Assembly (NCBI RefSeq): GCF_009914755.1
Contig: NC_060937.1
Length of the DNA stretch: 64,000 nucleotides
From: the human T2T-CHM13v2.0 reference genome, Homo sapiens
Strand: one strand, 5' to 3'
Each line of letters opens with the position of its first letter. Within the stretch, counting starts at the first letter, position 1. Below are positions 19,091 through 35,189 of this stretch, in pieces. Below the pieces are notes generated by a model. It saw only the letters and a program-made list of their open reading frames with translations. It had not been told where the DNA came from and made no database searches. The position numbers were made by a program, and so were the translations under genes.

Positions 19091-20974
19091 CTCAGAGACT
19101 TGTTTAACTGCCCAGATGACAATTATCCTATTGCTTTATTCTTCAAATCTAGTAAGTGAATCAAAGTCAGTCTTAGTGATGATCAGTATCTCTATATTTT
19201 TGTCTAAAAAACAGAATGCTATTTTAATCTATAGATTCAAGTGTCATTTTATCTCTTTGAAGTTTTCAACAAGTAATGTTTCCAATGTTAATGTTCTTTC
19301 TTATTCTTCAAAACATCAAGTAGGCAGAGGTTGAGTCTCCATTGTCATGCATCTATATTTACCAACACCATATTAAGGATTTTTATTATGCCTTTGTCTT
19401 TTCATATAATTTACTTTTGTATGGTTTCTTCTAGATATTCACTATTTTTCTGGATGTAATTGCTGATGTATAGTGCCTATGTATTTCTTACATAATTCCT
19501 TAGTTGTTCACTTCAATTTCTAAATTGAGATTAAGTTAACTTCAATTTGTTCTCTGATTACTTTGGTAATTCTACTTGTGATGTAGTTTTAGTAACTGCA
19601 TCTTGTTTATGCTTTTTGTTCATTTTCATATTTAGAAAATAGAACACCAGGCATATATATTTTACTGATTTTTTTCTCTCTGCATTCCTCGTAGAACATA
19701 TCCAGTATTAGCTAAGGGATCCTCTGGGGCAGGAGTGGGGTGGCATTGCAGTTTGTATCTTTTTTTAAATCCATGTTTTTGTAATGGAATACCTTCACAC
19801 TAATTTTCTTACTCCCTAAGTACTGGATAATTGTTTCTCCTCCTATCAGCATTCACTTTTCTAAAGGTAATGTGGCTCAGATTTAGATTCCTAGGTTTCT
19901 AAATCTGCATTTCTAATCTCTATATTATCACATGCTGGTTAATTCTTTTCTCTTTTGCTCCTTTCCACTTCTGTGAGCTTCATTCTGTTTGGAACTCAGA
20001 GTATATGAAATGAACAGAGTACATCAGCCTGAATTCTCTTACAACTTCAAATTCTTTCCATTTTATGGTTAGACAACACTGAGTTACTCTATAGTGACTT
20101 TCCTACTTTTATTAATATCATGGTCACATTATTCCATAAAATCTAACAATTTTAAGAAAAATAGTTTTTGAGTTACATCACCCAGAGTAGCGGCAATGAT
20201 ATCTGGAAAAAATGACCATCCTGAACATGTACTGATTATACATGTGAAAGCACTCACTCTGATCACTCCTTGTTTTTGTTGAAATATAACAGTATTTGGA
20301 AGGTTTGCTTCTCAGTTTTTGGTTTCGGGCTATAGTTGTTTCTCTGAAGATGCTTATCTTCTTATTTTTTCTTGTTTTCTTTTTGTTCTCAATGAAATGA
20401 ATTTTAATAGAAGAATGAAATGTAAAATATTCAAATTCAGGGTCTTACAGTGTCTATAGTTTTGGGCACTCATTTTAAAACTGAATAATAATTTTCAATG
20501 CATATGACTCATTCTCTACCCTCCTTTCTTCCATTCTTCTGAATGTGTGACAAACAAGTATAGATGCTCTGAATGGTAATAAATTAAAAAATCATTTCAT
20601 GATGGTCCTATTCCTGTAATTCTATTTTCCAATTGACCTCCACTTCCTATCTTAACTGCATAAAAGTGAAATAAATCAGTGACTATTTAATTTTAAAAAT
20701 AAGTGGTCTGAATGATTTTGCTGGGATAAGTAATAAAAAATGTTGAAATCTTTGAGATTTTCAATTTGCTTAAAAAGAAAAAAGTTTCAGGCTTTGGCAA
20801 AGCAAACATGCATTTTGCTAAGTAATATTTCCCCTTAATTTTGAGATTTATTTTGGCTTCATACATTTCTTTCTTATATGAATACCATTAAAGTAAAAGT
20901 TATTTCAGAGTTATCAGGTGGAAGACTTTTATAGATGTATGTGCATGCATATTTTTTTTTCTTAAAAATATAGT

Positions 20975-21361
20975 TGTTTTAGTTTGGGCTGCCAGAGCAA
21001 AGTACCATAGACTAGGCACTTTGTAAGCTGGATGGGTTTATAAACAACAGAAATTTATTTCTCACAGACCTTGAGTTCAGAAATATGAGATTAGAGTGCC
21101 AGCATGGATGAATTCTTGTGAGGACCCTCTTCTGACTTGCAGACTGCCGTCTTTTCTTTACATCCTCACACAATAGAAAAAGAGCAAGAGAGTTCTCTGG
21201 GGTCTTTTTTATAAGGGTGCTAATCTCATTCACATGGGCTCCAGTCTCATGATGTAATTAGCTCCCAAAGACCCCACCTCCTAGTACCATACATTGTGGG
21301 TTAGGATTTTGACATATGAATTTGGGTGGGGGGGAGAAAAACAACCATTTAATCCATTGCA
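20975..21361 (-). mobile_element. MLT1A-like LTR
   Basis: AAACAACAGAAATTTATTTCTCACAG and CTCCCAAAGACCCCACCTCC motifs. Confidence 0.85.
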
Positions 21362-21495
21362 ATAGTGAAGGTGGAGGAGATACAAAATGAAATAAGTAAA
21401 TCTTCCATAAATCTTTCATAAATTATAGTAGAAGAAAATATCATGAATGGTTCAAATTTGTGATTTTTATCACTACAAAAGAGATTATGAGACTG

Positions 21496-21838
21496 TGATA
21501 TGGTCTGGCTGTGTCCCCACCCAAAGCTCACCTTGAATTGTAATAATCCCAATATGTCAAGGGCAGGGCCAGGTGGAGATAATTGAATCATGGGGGCGGT
21601 CTCCCCCATACTGTTCTCATGTTAATGAATAAGTCTCTGTTGGTTTCATAATGGGAGTTCTCCTGCACAAGCTCTTTTGCCTGCTGCCATCTAAGACATG
21701 CCTTTGCTCCTCCTTTGCTTTCTGCCATGATTGTGAGGCCTCCCCAGCCATGTGAAACTGTGAGTCCACTAAATCACTTGTTCTTTATAAATGACCCAGT
21801 CAAGTATGTCTTTATTTGCATGAAAACAGACTAACACA
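21496..21838 (+). mobile_element. THE1 solo LTR
   Basis: TGATATGGTCTGGCTGTGTCCCCACCC...GACTAACACA with TSD GACTG (21491-21495 and 21839-21843). Confidence 0.92.
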
Positions 21839-22072
21839 GACTGATTCATCCAGCTCAGAAATATTTGAATAGGGCTTCTAAAAAGGGCCTTGCAAAGTAT
21901 GTATTATGTGTATTGATGAAGATGGATGGAGTTTTCATGAAAGTTACATGTAAATACACGGACCAGCCAAGGTGAATAAAGAAAGAAAGAAAATGAGCAG
22001 AGATGGACAGAATAGAAGCCAAACACGACTCATTTATTTACTTCTCTTTAAAGTGCCAAAGCACATATTAAA

Positions 22073-22355
<283 letters not shown>

Positions 22356-22404
22356 ACATAATTAATTTTTATCACAGATTTCACAGATTTTAAACTCCTC
22401 AAGT

Positions 22405-22600
22405 TACATTTCTCAAGTAGTAAAATCACTTATTTCTGAGTGCATTTAAGATGGACCTTGAGTTTATTTAAAATGCAGATTCCCAGGTCCTGTTCTATGC
22501 CTGTTAAATCAGAATCTCTGGACTTGGAACTAACTGAGAAGTTTGCACTTTAAGCAAAAATCCTGGCGAATTCTAGTGACTAAGGCTTTAAAGCCATTCA
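22405..22600. mobile_element. MER5-like hAT-Charlie fossil
   Basis: AAAATGCAGATTCCCAGG...AATCAGAATCTCTGG motif. Confidence 0.7.
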
Positions 22601-23282
22601 TCTGACATGTGGAGTACAATCTCTTTAGTTATCTTTAGTGAATATCCTCTATAATATTCACAAAGATTGTAAGTAAATAGTTAAATGTATCAATGTTAAG
22701 ACTTCAACAATTTAAGAAATGTTCCCAAATGCAGCTGGTTTTCTTACAAAATGGGAGGTATAGTTGAGTGTATGTATTGGAAAATAAGGACTAAAACTCT
22801 CTTTAAGGATAATACCAAAGGTAATTTTCTTAATCCCTACTTTTAAAAATATTACATTGGCTTTGGTCTTCTTGTTGAAAGGTTAATAATTTGACCGATA
22901 AATCTATAAATTCTTGTTAAGAACTTACTATAATCTTAGCTACATAAAGGTGATACAAAAGGAAGGGAACTATATAGTGCATGAAATTTGACCTAAGAGT
23001 TATGAAGAGTTTGAGAAAACAAGAGAAAATATGAAAGATTATCATAGAACAGAAGGTAATTGCATGGTATTAATTTTAAATGCTGCCACTATGCACAGGC
23101 TAAGGAAGAACAAAGAAGGTTTTTGTTGTAAAGTCAGGTTTCAGGAAGTGATTTGGCTAAGATGTGGACCTAAAAGCTGGGTAATATCACTTACAGAAAA
23201 TACCATTACAGAAAATACCGAAATAGTCACTATCCACAATTTAGAAGAAAAAAACCTAAAGTTATCCTTTGTCCCATGATAA

Positions 23283-23588
<306 letters not shown>

Positions 23589-24657
23589 TAGATGATGCTT
23601 GGTATTGTTCCTATTTATTTTTAAAACTTGATATTTCTTCAGAGAGTAAACTTTGACTGTTATATTATGACAACATGTCGGGTATCATCAATTTGAATTT
23701 TGTTAGATTCATTTTTTTTTTTAGAATCCCAAGATAAATTGCTCAGTTTTTATGCTTAGTTTAAATTTGAGAGCCTTAATATAACTTGTACAATTTAGTT
23801 TCACTGTATGTTTTGTTATTATTTGGGAGGTGAGGAGAGTTCATTTGCAGTACAATTTTAGCATAATTTATAATATAGTCAGTCAAAAAAACGCTTCACA
23901 TGTATATATTTCTTCTTTATTTTAGACTGTAGGTTATGTATTTTAAAACCAATTGTTAGATGTCCTGTTATACAGATTTACTTCTTCCTATTTGGTGATT
24001 TTTTGATGCATTAAAAAGAGAAAATTGTATAAACCTAATGACTATTGACAAGTGTTCAGAGAGATAAAAAAGATCTATAATTAGCACAATGGAAAGACTT
24101 CCAAATCCACACTCTTTTGACGTTTTCTCACCTGAAAAGTATTTATTGCAGTTTTACTGGTTGATTGGTTGTCATTTTCCTTTCAGTTGTGTTTCTATGC
24201 AGAAATTGCATGGAACTGAACAGGAACTGCATTACAATTGAAACTGTTTCTAATATTATTCACTAATGGGCAAATCCATTACTTTAGGTCCATTTCTTAT
24301 ACAAGGAAATGCAGTTACTCCGAGGACAATTCAGGTAAATAACTACCGCAGCATGGACCCAAGGGTAGCAGTAGAAAGTGGTGCTGCTCTAAGTTTCTCC
24401 TCTAGTGGATGCCAAAAGAAAACATTCTTATCACTGTGTACGTGCTAGGCATAATTGTTTTGATATGTGTTCAGCACAGGCTTAGGCAAAAGTCTTTCTA
24501 TGTAAATCCAAACAGTAACTGTTGAATTACTCATTTAAACTTACGTGTTTCACAGCACAAGTTGTTAGTGAAAGGTTTCAACTTCTTATTTTAGACATTA
24601 AACAGATACCTCAAATGTTTGGGAATTCTTCGTTTACATCTCAGCAATGGAAATATT

Positions 24658-24690
<33 letters not shown>

Positions 24691-25982
24691 GCTAGCCAAG
24701 AGTCCCTGTACAGTGAGCAATCTTTTGGGGTCTTATCTTCTCATCACTGAAGAATTTCTATGTGGACACTAAAGTAATATTAAAACCACTCACTCTCACT
24801 GGTAATTTACAGAATACAGTTTTAATTAACAGCAATATCGACAACAATAGCAATGATGAAACCTCTGAGGTGAAAGAGAATGTTAATTTTAGCAAAGAGT
24901 GTCTTGTCATCTGGACAAGGCTTACCAGTTCCTAGCCTCTAGTTTGTATACATTTATGCAATCATTTTGAATATTTACTCCCTGTATGCTGGTAGAAAAA
25001 TAAGTGTCAGGACATTACATGTGAAGGAATAATTCAACATTTAAGTTTTTAAGAGTATATTCTCTTCAGATCTTGTTCCCCAAAGTTAAACATTGTGGTA
25101 GATTGAGACTTTCATTATTAAATATCTTACAGAAAACAAAGGAAATCGTAACGTCTTATTTACCATCATTAAGAGAAACCTGAAGGCCAATTACTTATTG
25201 AGTGGCAGGCAACTCAATTACATTATTGTATAGAATCCTCAGGACTGTATTAAAAAATTATGACAAGGAGTTTACACAGGTCAGCCTATAAAACTACTGC
25301 ATAATTTCTATCTGTAAATTAAAATAGAAAAGAAATAAGATTGAAGTAAATATGATAATAGTAAATTTCATGTCTAAGTGTGCTAAACTAGCTGGCCTTT
25401 CCTATTCTTGAATAAAATTATTCTGGTTGCCATAATGCATCCCGAAGCTTACCTAGATGAGGAGAAATTCGAAGTATTCCAACGTCTGCGCTCATGAATA
25501 GATCAAGCCTTGGGGGAAACCAGTGATCTCTTGGCAACAGGACCAGAAGGTACGTAATCTCTTGTTTTGATTATATTTCATCTGCTGAAAAATTTGCTTA
25601 TCTCTCTGAGATTTATCTTAGAGATAACTGAAAGTAATTTTGTGACCTTCACATTGTCCGTATTTAAGTTAGATAATTGAAAATTTGGTGAGGATCCCAA
25701 AACCTCAAGTATGTATGGAGATTAAGATTTCCAACTCTGAAGAAAAACTGTCAGGTTCAAATCTTGGTCCTGTTCACCTCTGATGACTAACTCTGTGGTT
25801 ACAAAACCCTCTTGCCTCCCTTTATCCATCTGAAAAAAAAATTGGTATGACTACATAGTTTGGCAAGTGGGGGCTAACTGAGCTACTAGACAACTTACAC
25901 AGTAAGTCGACACAAAGCACATGCACAATAAGCATAATTAATATTACATTATTTTATTTTGTATGAGGTGGCAACAAATAGT

Positions 25983-26210
25983 TATCACATGCTTAATTTT
26001 AAATAAGCATTAATAGTGGTAGAAATTAAGGAAATTTATATGTTAGAGAAAACTCTTAGAAATATGAAGGCTCTATCTAGTTATATTTGTTTCTTATGTA
26101 TCACATCCTCAATTTTAAATAAAAAGCATTAATAATAGTAGAAATTAAGAAAATACATTTATTAGAGAAGTCTATTAGAAATATCAAGGCTTAATCTAAT
26201 TATATTTGTT
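25983..26210. repeat. Diverged tandem duplication, ~116-bp unit x2
   Basis: TATCACAT...TTTTAAATAA...TAGAAATTAAG...TTAGAAATAT...TTATATTTGTT starts at 25983 and again at 26099. Confidence 0.85.
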
Positions 26211-26370
26211 AACTGAACTTGAGACATATGAATATTCACATACTTTAAGATATTTTATCACCTATTTGAAGAGGGACTCTGGCCACTATAAGAACAACTC
26301 GCACATAGCAAAAACTAGTGATTGAATACATTCTAAAGAGTAACATACATTTTGAAAGTGAGCTGTTGTT

Positions 26371-26930
<560 letters not shown>

Positions 26931-27214
26931 TTTACCATATATATATTTTTTTGACTAAGTGAGATAAATCACATTGAAATGCATGAAATAATGTCTGGCA
27001 TCCAGTAGATGCTCAGTGACATTTGTCCCCTTTAATGGTTTCAACTGGCTAGGATTTCCCACAAAGAACAGTAGCATTTTGGTATCACTAGGCTAATGTC
27101 CATTTTCTGTATTGGAGAGTAGAGAAACCCCTTGGGTGATAGCTTATTTTACCTACTATGGAATTTTTACAGAACAAAGTTAAGGGTCATCTGCTGTGTG
27201 GATTCCCACTGGTT

Positions 27215-27420
27215 ATGTGAGACGTGGCAGAACATAATGGTAAGAAGAAGGATTCAGGAGCTGAACCATCTGGGTTCTTCAGGCTGTATCACCTACTGCC
27301 AATGAGAGGCTTAGCCAGTTAGTTACCTTTGTGAGCTTCCTCTGGTGAGGATCAGAAGAGTTAATACATAAGGCACCAATTATAATACTAACCCTGGGAT
27401 GTAAAAAGGCTCAATTATTA
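27215..27420 (+). mobile_element. MIR fragment
   Basis: CAGAACATAATGGTAAGA...CTGGGTTC...GTGAGGATCAGAAGAGTTAATACAT motifs. Confidence 0.55.
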
Positions 27421-28819
27421 TTACTGGTTACCATTATTATTAAGAGTGTTAATAATAATTACTACAGCAATCTTTTCTAGACAAGGGAAAGTGAAGCAAC
27501 TAATTAACCCTCAATGAAAAAAAGGTTTTTTTCACTGCTAAAGACTATTAACTCTGACATGAGTTTTAGAATAGTTTTGCTTTCTCTCTCTTTGCCTGTA
27601 TTTTCTTTATTTTTTATTCTAATGTTTTTGATTTACCCAAGGATTTTGGTGCTAGATTGTGGTTCTGGTAGGCTGATCAAAGTTCATACCACAGGCAGTT
27701 AATTTTACCCAGATGACTCCTGGTTTCTTTCTTTTTTAAATAAATCATATCCACTGCCGAGGTTGATATGAGGACTTCTCTCCATTGGCAAGTAGCATTG
27801 TAGCCACAATCTCTTATTAAAGCTTGAAACAAAATGGTGATTACTAGTGTTTATGGCCAAATTTTGTTCATGCCTGCCCACTGAATTTGTTTGGATACCA
27901 GGAAATTATGGACTGTGTGATTCGAATTAGGATAAGAGATTAAACCCTGGTAGCCATTCTTTAGCAAAGACTGTGCTGTTAAAAAAAATGGAAAATATCT
28001 TTTTAACCAAGTCAGTGAAATTAGCTTAGTCATGAGGATTGCAAGTGAGCTTTCTGTACTTGAGATGTAAACACAGTGCCAAAAAGTTTCATCAGGAGAC
28101 TGGGGAGAGATGCTGATTCTTATTATGTGAGAGATTTGTAATGCTAACTTAATCTTCTGACTGAACCCCTTAATTTCCCATTTTTAACTATTCTAGATGC
28201 TTGTCTCAGGAAATGGAAGAAATCTCTTCAATAATATTACCAGAGACATGCCATGTCATTTCTATCTTCTCAATACAACTACTTAGTTTCTTTTTTCTTT
28301 CATTTTTGCATAATTTCCATAGCAACATGTACATGGTGACTACATTACATCAATCAGCACCTCCACTCCTGGTCCCAGTTTTTTCTTTGCTAATCCTCAC
28401 TGCTGACTTTTGTTGTGGTTTCATTATCATTTCACAAGGTAACTACTGTCACCTTGGAAATGAAATGCATGGTCAAAGCCCTTTAATACACAAAATATGT
28501 AAAATCTCCTCTTATGCATATTATACATGAAAGAAGGATAAGACCATCAGTTAGTTGTGTCTCCTCTGTAGAAATAGCCAGAGCATCAGGACAGCTGCAT
28601 CCTCTTTCACAGAAGTAGGAGAGCAGATGCTGAGGCAGGACACAATAGTTCTTCAGCCTGTGTTGCCTCCACTTGCATCCTAGAGCACTTGTTGAACTCT
28701 CTCTTAGGTAAATGGTAATATTTTCTGAAGGCACTAAGAGAATTTTTACCATGAGGGTAAATACCAATTAGCTATTATCTCCTTTTAGTAGGAGTGCAGC
28801 ACAAAGAACTTCTGATTGA

Positions 28820-29212
<393 letters not shown>

Positions 29213-29849
29213 AACATTTTCCTATTTAAGCCTTGCCACTGAAAATTTTCTGTCTTTAAGTCCCACATAACAACTGCAGCCTGTAACATCTTGTTGACTG
29301 GCTTGACAGAGGATGGCCAATTTTTGTGTTTAGGCTCAGATGTGCAGTGCTGGGTTCTCAAATTGTGTCCCAGCCTGGGACACTGTGGCTTTAATAACAT
29401 CCTCATTATCCATCCTTTATATAAAAAACCTTATATCTGTATGCAAAGCCATGGACTCTTAAGATTTTGAGTGCATCATACATGCTACAGGCAGCAGAAG
29501 CTATATGAAGGATGTGCTTTCAGGCCAATCCCTGCCTAGTGTAGGCCCAGGTGGTATAATGCTTCATAACAGACCCCATTCCCTGGGCAAAGACATTGTG
29601 AATGGTGGGATTAGTATCCTCCTGTGACACATGACATCCTCCTGTGACCTACTCACTATGATTTGGATGGCTCCCCTCAAGTTTGGGCTAGAGTGTCAGT
29701 GAGTGGATTAACTCAGGACAATTCCAGTTCTTTCTATGTACCTTCCTTTCATCATGAGGGATATGAAGAAAACATTAGATCATGTTGGATGCTGTTTGTC
29801 TGTTGGTTGGTTGGTTGGTTAGGTTTAACAATAAGAGCACGTATCTAGT

Positions 29850-30303
29850 CTTCTAGTTTTGTAAGGCTGCCATAATAATTTACATCCAAGCTGGTGACTT
29901 AAAACAACAGATATTTATTCTCTCACAGTTGTAGAAACCAGAAATTTGGAATCAAAGTGTCAGAGGACCATGTTCCTTCCAAAAGCCCTAGGGAAAAATT
30001 TTAATTCTTCCTTGCCTCTTCCAGCTTTTGGTGGCCCCAGGCATTGCTTGGCTGATGGCAGCATAACTCCAGTCTCTACTTTTGTCTTCATATATCATTA
30101 TTCCCTATATTTCTTTGTATTCTCCTTTTCTGTCTCTTATAAGGACACTCATTGGTGGATTTCATGCTTATCTCAATCCAGCATGACCTCAGATTGAGAT
30201 GCTAACCTTAATTACATCTACAAAGATTCTTATGCCAAATAAAGTTACTTTCTGAGATTCCAGTTGAACATATCTTTGGAGATCCACTGTTGAACCTACT
30301 ATG
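29850..30303 (-). mobile_element. MLT1B/C-like LTR
   Basis: CTTAAAACAACAGATATTTATTCTCTCACAGTT and CTTGCCTCTTCCAGCTTTTGGTGGCCCC motifs. Confidence 0.8.
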
Positions 30304-30709
30304 CCTAAAAACTCAGGCCTGTCCCAAGGGCAGATTTAAAAAGAAAGAGAAATTCATTTTGCTTTCTGATTTTGAGATTGTTCCTCTTACCCCTACTCCA
30401 TTTTCAACACCTGAACTTTATCAAGAAAACTCAAAGACAAAATGTGGCCAAGGTTGGCAATAAATACATTTTTGCCAATAATCTGATGGAAAACTTATGT
30501 TACTTCTTGTAAATCAAAATAAATTGGATCTGCTGGCAATCTGATTAACCTGCAATTTAGATTATGACAATGGTGTTCTTATTTTATGCATTTTCACATG
30601 CTCCAAATCTCCTTCTGTATCTCTTTCTAAAATTTTGCTGAGAGTCCATCCTTTCTGACCAAAGGTTATTTCATTCTCCACTAAAGTAGTTATTAAAAAT
30701 ATCTTCTGG

Positions 30710-31107
30710 TAGATAAGGAAAAAGTGGCTCATGTATACCACTGGAATTCTACACAGCCATAAAAAAGAACCAAATTAGGTTATTTGCAGCAAAATGGATG
30801 CATATGGAGGCCATTATCCTAAGCAAGATAACATGGAAACAGAACCAAATACTGCATGTTCTCACTTATAAGCAGGAGCTAACTATTGTGTATTCATGGT
30901 CATAATGGTGGAAAGGATAGTCACTGGGACTACTAGAGGATGGAAAGAGGGTGAGAGGCAAGGGCCAAAAAACTATTTTTTGGATCTTATGCCCACTACC
31001 TCGGTGAAAGATTGATTCATACTCTAAACCTCAACATCACTCAATATACCTTTGCAGCTAACCTGCATGCATACCCCCAATTCTAAAATAAAAGTTGAAA
31101 AAAAAAG
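30710..31107 (+). mobile_element. L1 3' end (L1PA15/16-like)
   Basis: CAGCCATAAAAAAGAAC...CTAAAATAAAAGTTGAAAAAAAAA. Confidence 0.85.
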
Positions 31108-33398
31108 CTTAGAAAAGAATTGAAGGAAATACAAAAATAAGTTACCATGACCACCTCTTGATGGTGAGTATGGGTAATTTTTGTTGGTTTATATTGACCC
31201 CCTATTTAGCAAAATTCCTGAAATGATCACATTAATGGGAAAATATAGTTTTCAGTTCCAAGAAAGGTTTGCTTGATTTATGTTTAAAAACAAATGATTC
31301 AACGGCTCTTTTCACAGACTTGATGGTGATTTGGGAGAAAATCCAGAAATTGGTGACCTATTATGAGTTCATAATTAGGCCCATTATTTCTGATAAAACA
31401 TTTCAGTAGCATTAAAATGCTAAGCTGAACTAAGATGTTCATGAAATGTATTCAAATAAACAAACCCAATTTAAAGATGATTGTATAAAAATATCTTACT
31501 TGATAATATAAATGCAAAATTTGTGAATGTTTATTTATAGTTCCTGTAATTTGGGGAAATTAAAGTCACTTGGGAACAATATTTACTTCACTAGCAACCA
31601 AAGGAGTACAATTGAAAAATAATGACTTGAAAATAAAATAAAAGTAAAAAAGGACTTCATTTCTTTTCACACAGTCTGAAAGAGTGAGTGCACAAGCTTT
31701 TCTCTGCCCAACTCCTCTTTGTCCACAAGGAATTTTCAGAATTCCTCCGTGTCTGTCTTATAATTTCATTCCTTGCTCATATAAGCAAGTTGGTTCAGAA
31801 ACCCTAAGACTGTTATACCGTCAGTTGGGTTAGTTTAAAATAACCCCTATGAGCAGTTCAACACTGAATTGGCAATGCTTTGGAAAGCAGAGACCCTGTC
31901 AGCTAACCAGCCATCCTTTAAAATCAATTCATATTTTCACAGTCCCTGGGGATTGTTTCACAGGGCTAAAATTTCGCTGTTGGAACAGGGTTGCTTGAAG
32001 ATAACAGGGACACTTGAAGGTAAGGATGTCAATATTTTGCTGTTTCTGAATGTCATTCATTCACAGATGGCTTAAGACATTTGCAATTCCTTCAAAGATG
32101 GCATAAGAAATTTGGATTTTCAAACTTTAGTTTTCTCATCTTAGAGTTTGAGGTAATTTTATTTGTCAGCTGCCAGAAAATAAAAAGAACACATACGGTA
32201 GCAGACTAATATCTACATTGACCTATTGTAGAGCCAGAAGGACCCATTTATTTAGCAAGAGACTTCTTTACTGTGTCTAGTTCAGGTTCCCGGAAAGATG
32301 GGACTATTCGTAGTAACACTCATTCCTTCTGCTAAGGGTCATAAGATAGGTTTAGACATATGGTCCCATTTTGATGATGTTTTAAACTTTGTTTATTTTA
32401 CATACCCTGTGATAGAGCCAATCAAGTAGGGGCCTAAACGTCGGTATAGCCTGTAATTTTGACAGATGCCCAGATTGTGGTATTGACAAATAGGACAGAT
32501 GTCCCGAGGGGCATATGTGTAGAAATAGATGACATTTCACAGAGAATTTACTAATTCAATATAATGCTGAAACAACATGTGGTAGTAGTTGAACCCATAT
32601 ATAGAATACATTTGGGGAAATTTTTCTCACATATTTGACGTGGTGCCCAGAACTATATGATGTGAAGAGTAATTGTGTGTTTTGTATGGGAACACATTAG
32701 TAAAACCTCATGCAAATCAAAATCAATCCAGATGAAAAATAATTAATAACGGTGTTTACAAACTCAAATAATACCTGCACAAGGCAATGGCATAAACAAA
32801 GTTTACAATGCCTCCAGATGGCAATATTTGAAAGATGATTTCGAGTTTTACACACAAATCGAGAATTTATTCATATAACATATGGAGCTAACTAAAATCC
32901 ATATAATTCAAATTAGCTTACATTGTAACTAAATGGAATGGAAAAGGAGTTCCTGTTCATTTTACCACTTTCAGAATAGAAAATTCTGGATCTGGTGAAA
33001 ATTGATCATTTTCCTTTTGTTTTAATTCAAGGTATAGACTCGTGTCTAAAGACATGGTTAACTGTTTAAGGAGAATAGAAGATGAAGAAGGGTTAAATGA
33101 CAAGCAAGTTTTAAAAGTCTGATATCAACTAATTTTTAGGCAAGGAAGATTTAAAAATTTCACTGTGATTTGAGTGAGAGGCCCCTTACTTTTTATATTA
33201 CATTGTAAGTTTAAAGAAGAAGAGAATAAAAACATCATGGCTAAATCACCTGAAATGACTTCAAATTTTCTACAAATGATAAACATATCCAATGTGATAA
33301 TTATAATTCAAGGCCCATTTTAATCTGACCCTAAATTTTCTTTCCCATTCTAATAATCAATAAGCTAATCAATAAGCTCATAACATCCTACAGATTCT

Positions 33399-33423
33399 GC
33401 ACACACACATGCACACACACACA
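33399..33423. repeat. Interrupted (CA)n
   Basis: Read directly. Confidence 0.8.
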
Positions 33424-33708
33424 GAGAAACACAGTCACTTCTTCAAACACATTGTTTTTTCATTTTTCTTTGCCTTTCATCTATTTATTTATTAGAGTGC
33501 CCACCTCCAAGGTAAGAGGGTTATTGAGATAATTTTATAAATGTCATGGGGCTTGCCCTCATAAAGTCTATATCACAGAAAGGAAGTTGAGAAGAAACAA
33601 CCAATGGTTCAATTACTTATTAAAATTAGTTTTGATCATTATCTCTCTATCCACTGTTAATCTACTTATAATCTTCTTTGCTCTTTACCATGTTTAATGA
33701 ACTCTTAG

Positions 33709-34806
33709 ACTTTTAACTTTTATTTTAAGTTCACGAGTACAAGTGCAGGTTTGATACATTGGTAAATTTGTGTCTTGGGGGTTTATTGTACAGATTATTT
33801 CATCACCCTGGTATTAAGCCTAATACCCATTAGTTATTTTTCCTGATCCTCTCCCTCTACCCTCTAGCCTGTGAAAAGCCCCATGGATGTTGTTACCCTC
33901 TGTGTCCATATGTGCTCATCATTTAGCTCCCACTTATAAGTGAGAACATGTGGTATTTGGTTTTCTGTCTCTGCATTAGTTGGCTAAGGATAATGGCCTC
34001 CAGCTCCATAATGTCCCTAAAAAGGACATGATCTCATTCTTTTTACGGCTGCATAGTATTCCATGATGAATATGTACCATATTTTCTTTATCCAGTCTAT
34101 CACTGATGGGCATTTAGATTGATTCCATGTCTTTGCTTTGTGAATAGTACTGCAATGAAGATATGAATGCATGTGTCTTTATAATAGAGTAATTTATATT
34201 CCTTTGGGTATTGATAAGGTTTGGCTGTTACCCCACCCAAACCTCATCTTGAATTATAGCTCCCGTAATTCCCATGTGTCATGAGAGGGACCCAGTGGGA
34301 GATAATTGAACCATGGGGGCAGGTCTTTCCCATGCTGTTCTCCTGATAGTGAATAGATCTCATGAGATCCGATGGTTTTATAAATGGGAGTTGCCCTGCA
34401 CAAGTTAACAAGTTCTCTCTTGCCTGCCTCCATGTAAGATGTGACTTTGATCCTCATTCTCTTTCTGCCATGATTGTGAGGCCTCCCCAGCCATGTGGAA
34501 CTGTGAGTCCATTAAACCTCTTTTCTTTATAATTTACCCAGTCTCAGATACATCTTTATTAACAGCATAAGAACAGACTAGTACAGGTAATGGGATTACT
34601 GGGTTGAGTGGTATTCCATTCTTTAGGTCTTTGAAGAATTACCACCCTGTCTTCCACAATGGATGAACTAATTTACACTCCCATCAACTGTGTATAAGCA
34701 TCCCTTTTTCTCTACAACTTTGCCAGCCTCTTTCATTTTTTTATTTTTGATAATAGCCATTCTGACTGGTGTTAGTATCTCATTGTGGTTTTGATTTGCA
34801 TTTCTC
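33709..34806 (-). mobile_element. L1PA (older, PA10-16 range) 3' end, interrupted by THE1
   Basis: Antisense L1 3'UTR and ORF2 end (CCCACTTATAAGTGAGAACATG, GGCTGCATAGTATTCCATG). Confidence 0.85.
34212..34585 (+). mobile_element. THE1 solo LTR
   Basis: TGATAAGGTTTGGCTG...GACTAGTACA, flanked by GGTAT and GGTAA. Confidence 0.9.
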
Positions 34807-35189
34807 AGAGTCTAAAATCTAGAATTAAAACTTTTAACTTGGTGAGCCTATGTTGAATGACTACAGAGAACCTAGATAAGCAATTTTCATTTGCATTTTA
34901 TCCAAAACAGGTGGCAAGAAGAAAAGTTTAAGAATTTCAAGTGGCTTGATTGGACTCTTCTTCATGGTCGCTGAGTCAAGGACCTTCTCTTCTAGTGAAT
35001 TTAAGGGTTTTGTGGAACACTAGTCTTTCTTTATGAACTCTGTCCTCTTTTCTCATACAATTTATCTTTTCCACATATGGATGGAATAAAACTGCAGAAA
35101 ATATAATGAAATGGATAACCATATATTTTTTAAAATAGAAATTTTTGAGTATTGACATTCAAGGTTTTAATTCTAGATTTAAAAATACA

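Noticed and set aside
24662-24689. 28-nt poly-T as an orphan poly(A) retroinsertion
   Set aside because: Only AGCT/TTTAGCT is repeated around it, which is not a convincing TSD. Slippage is sufficient.
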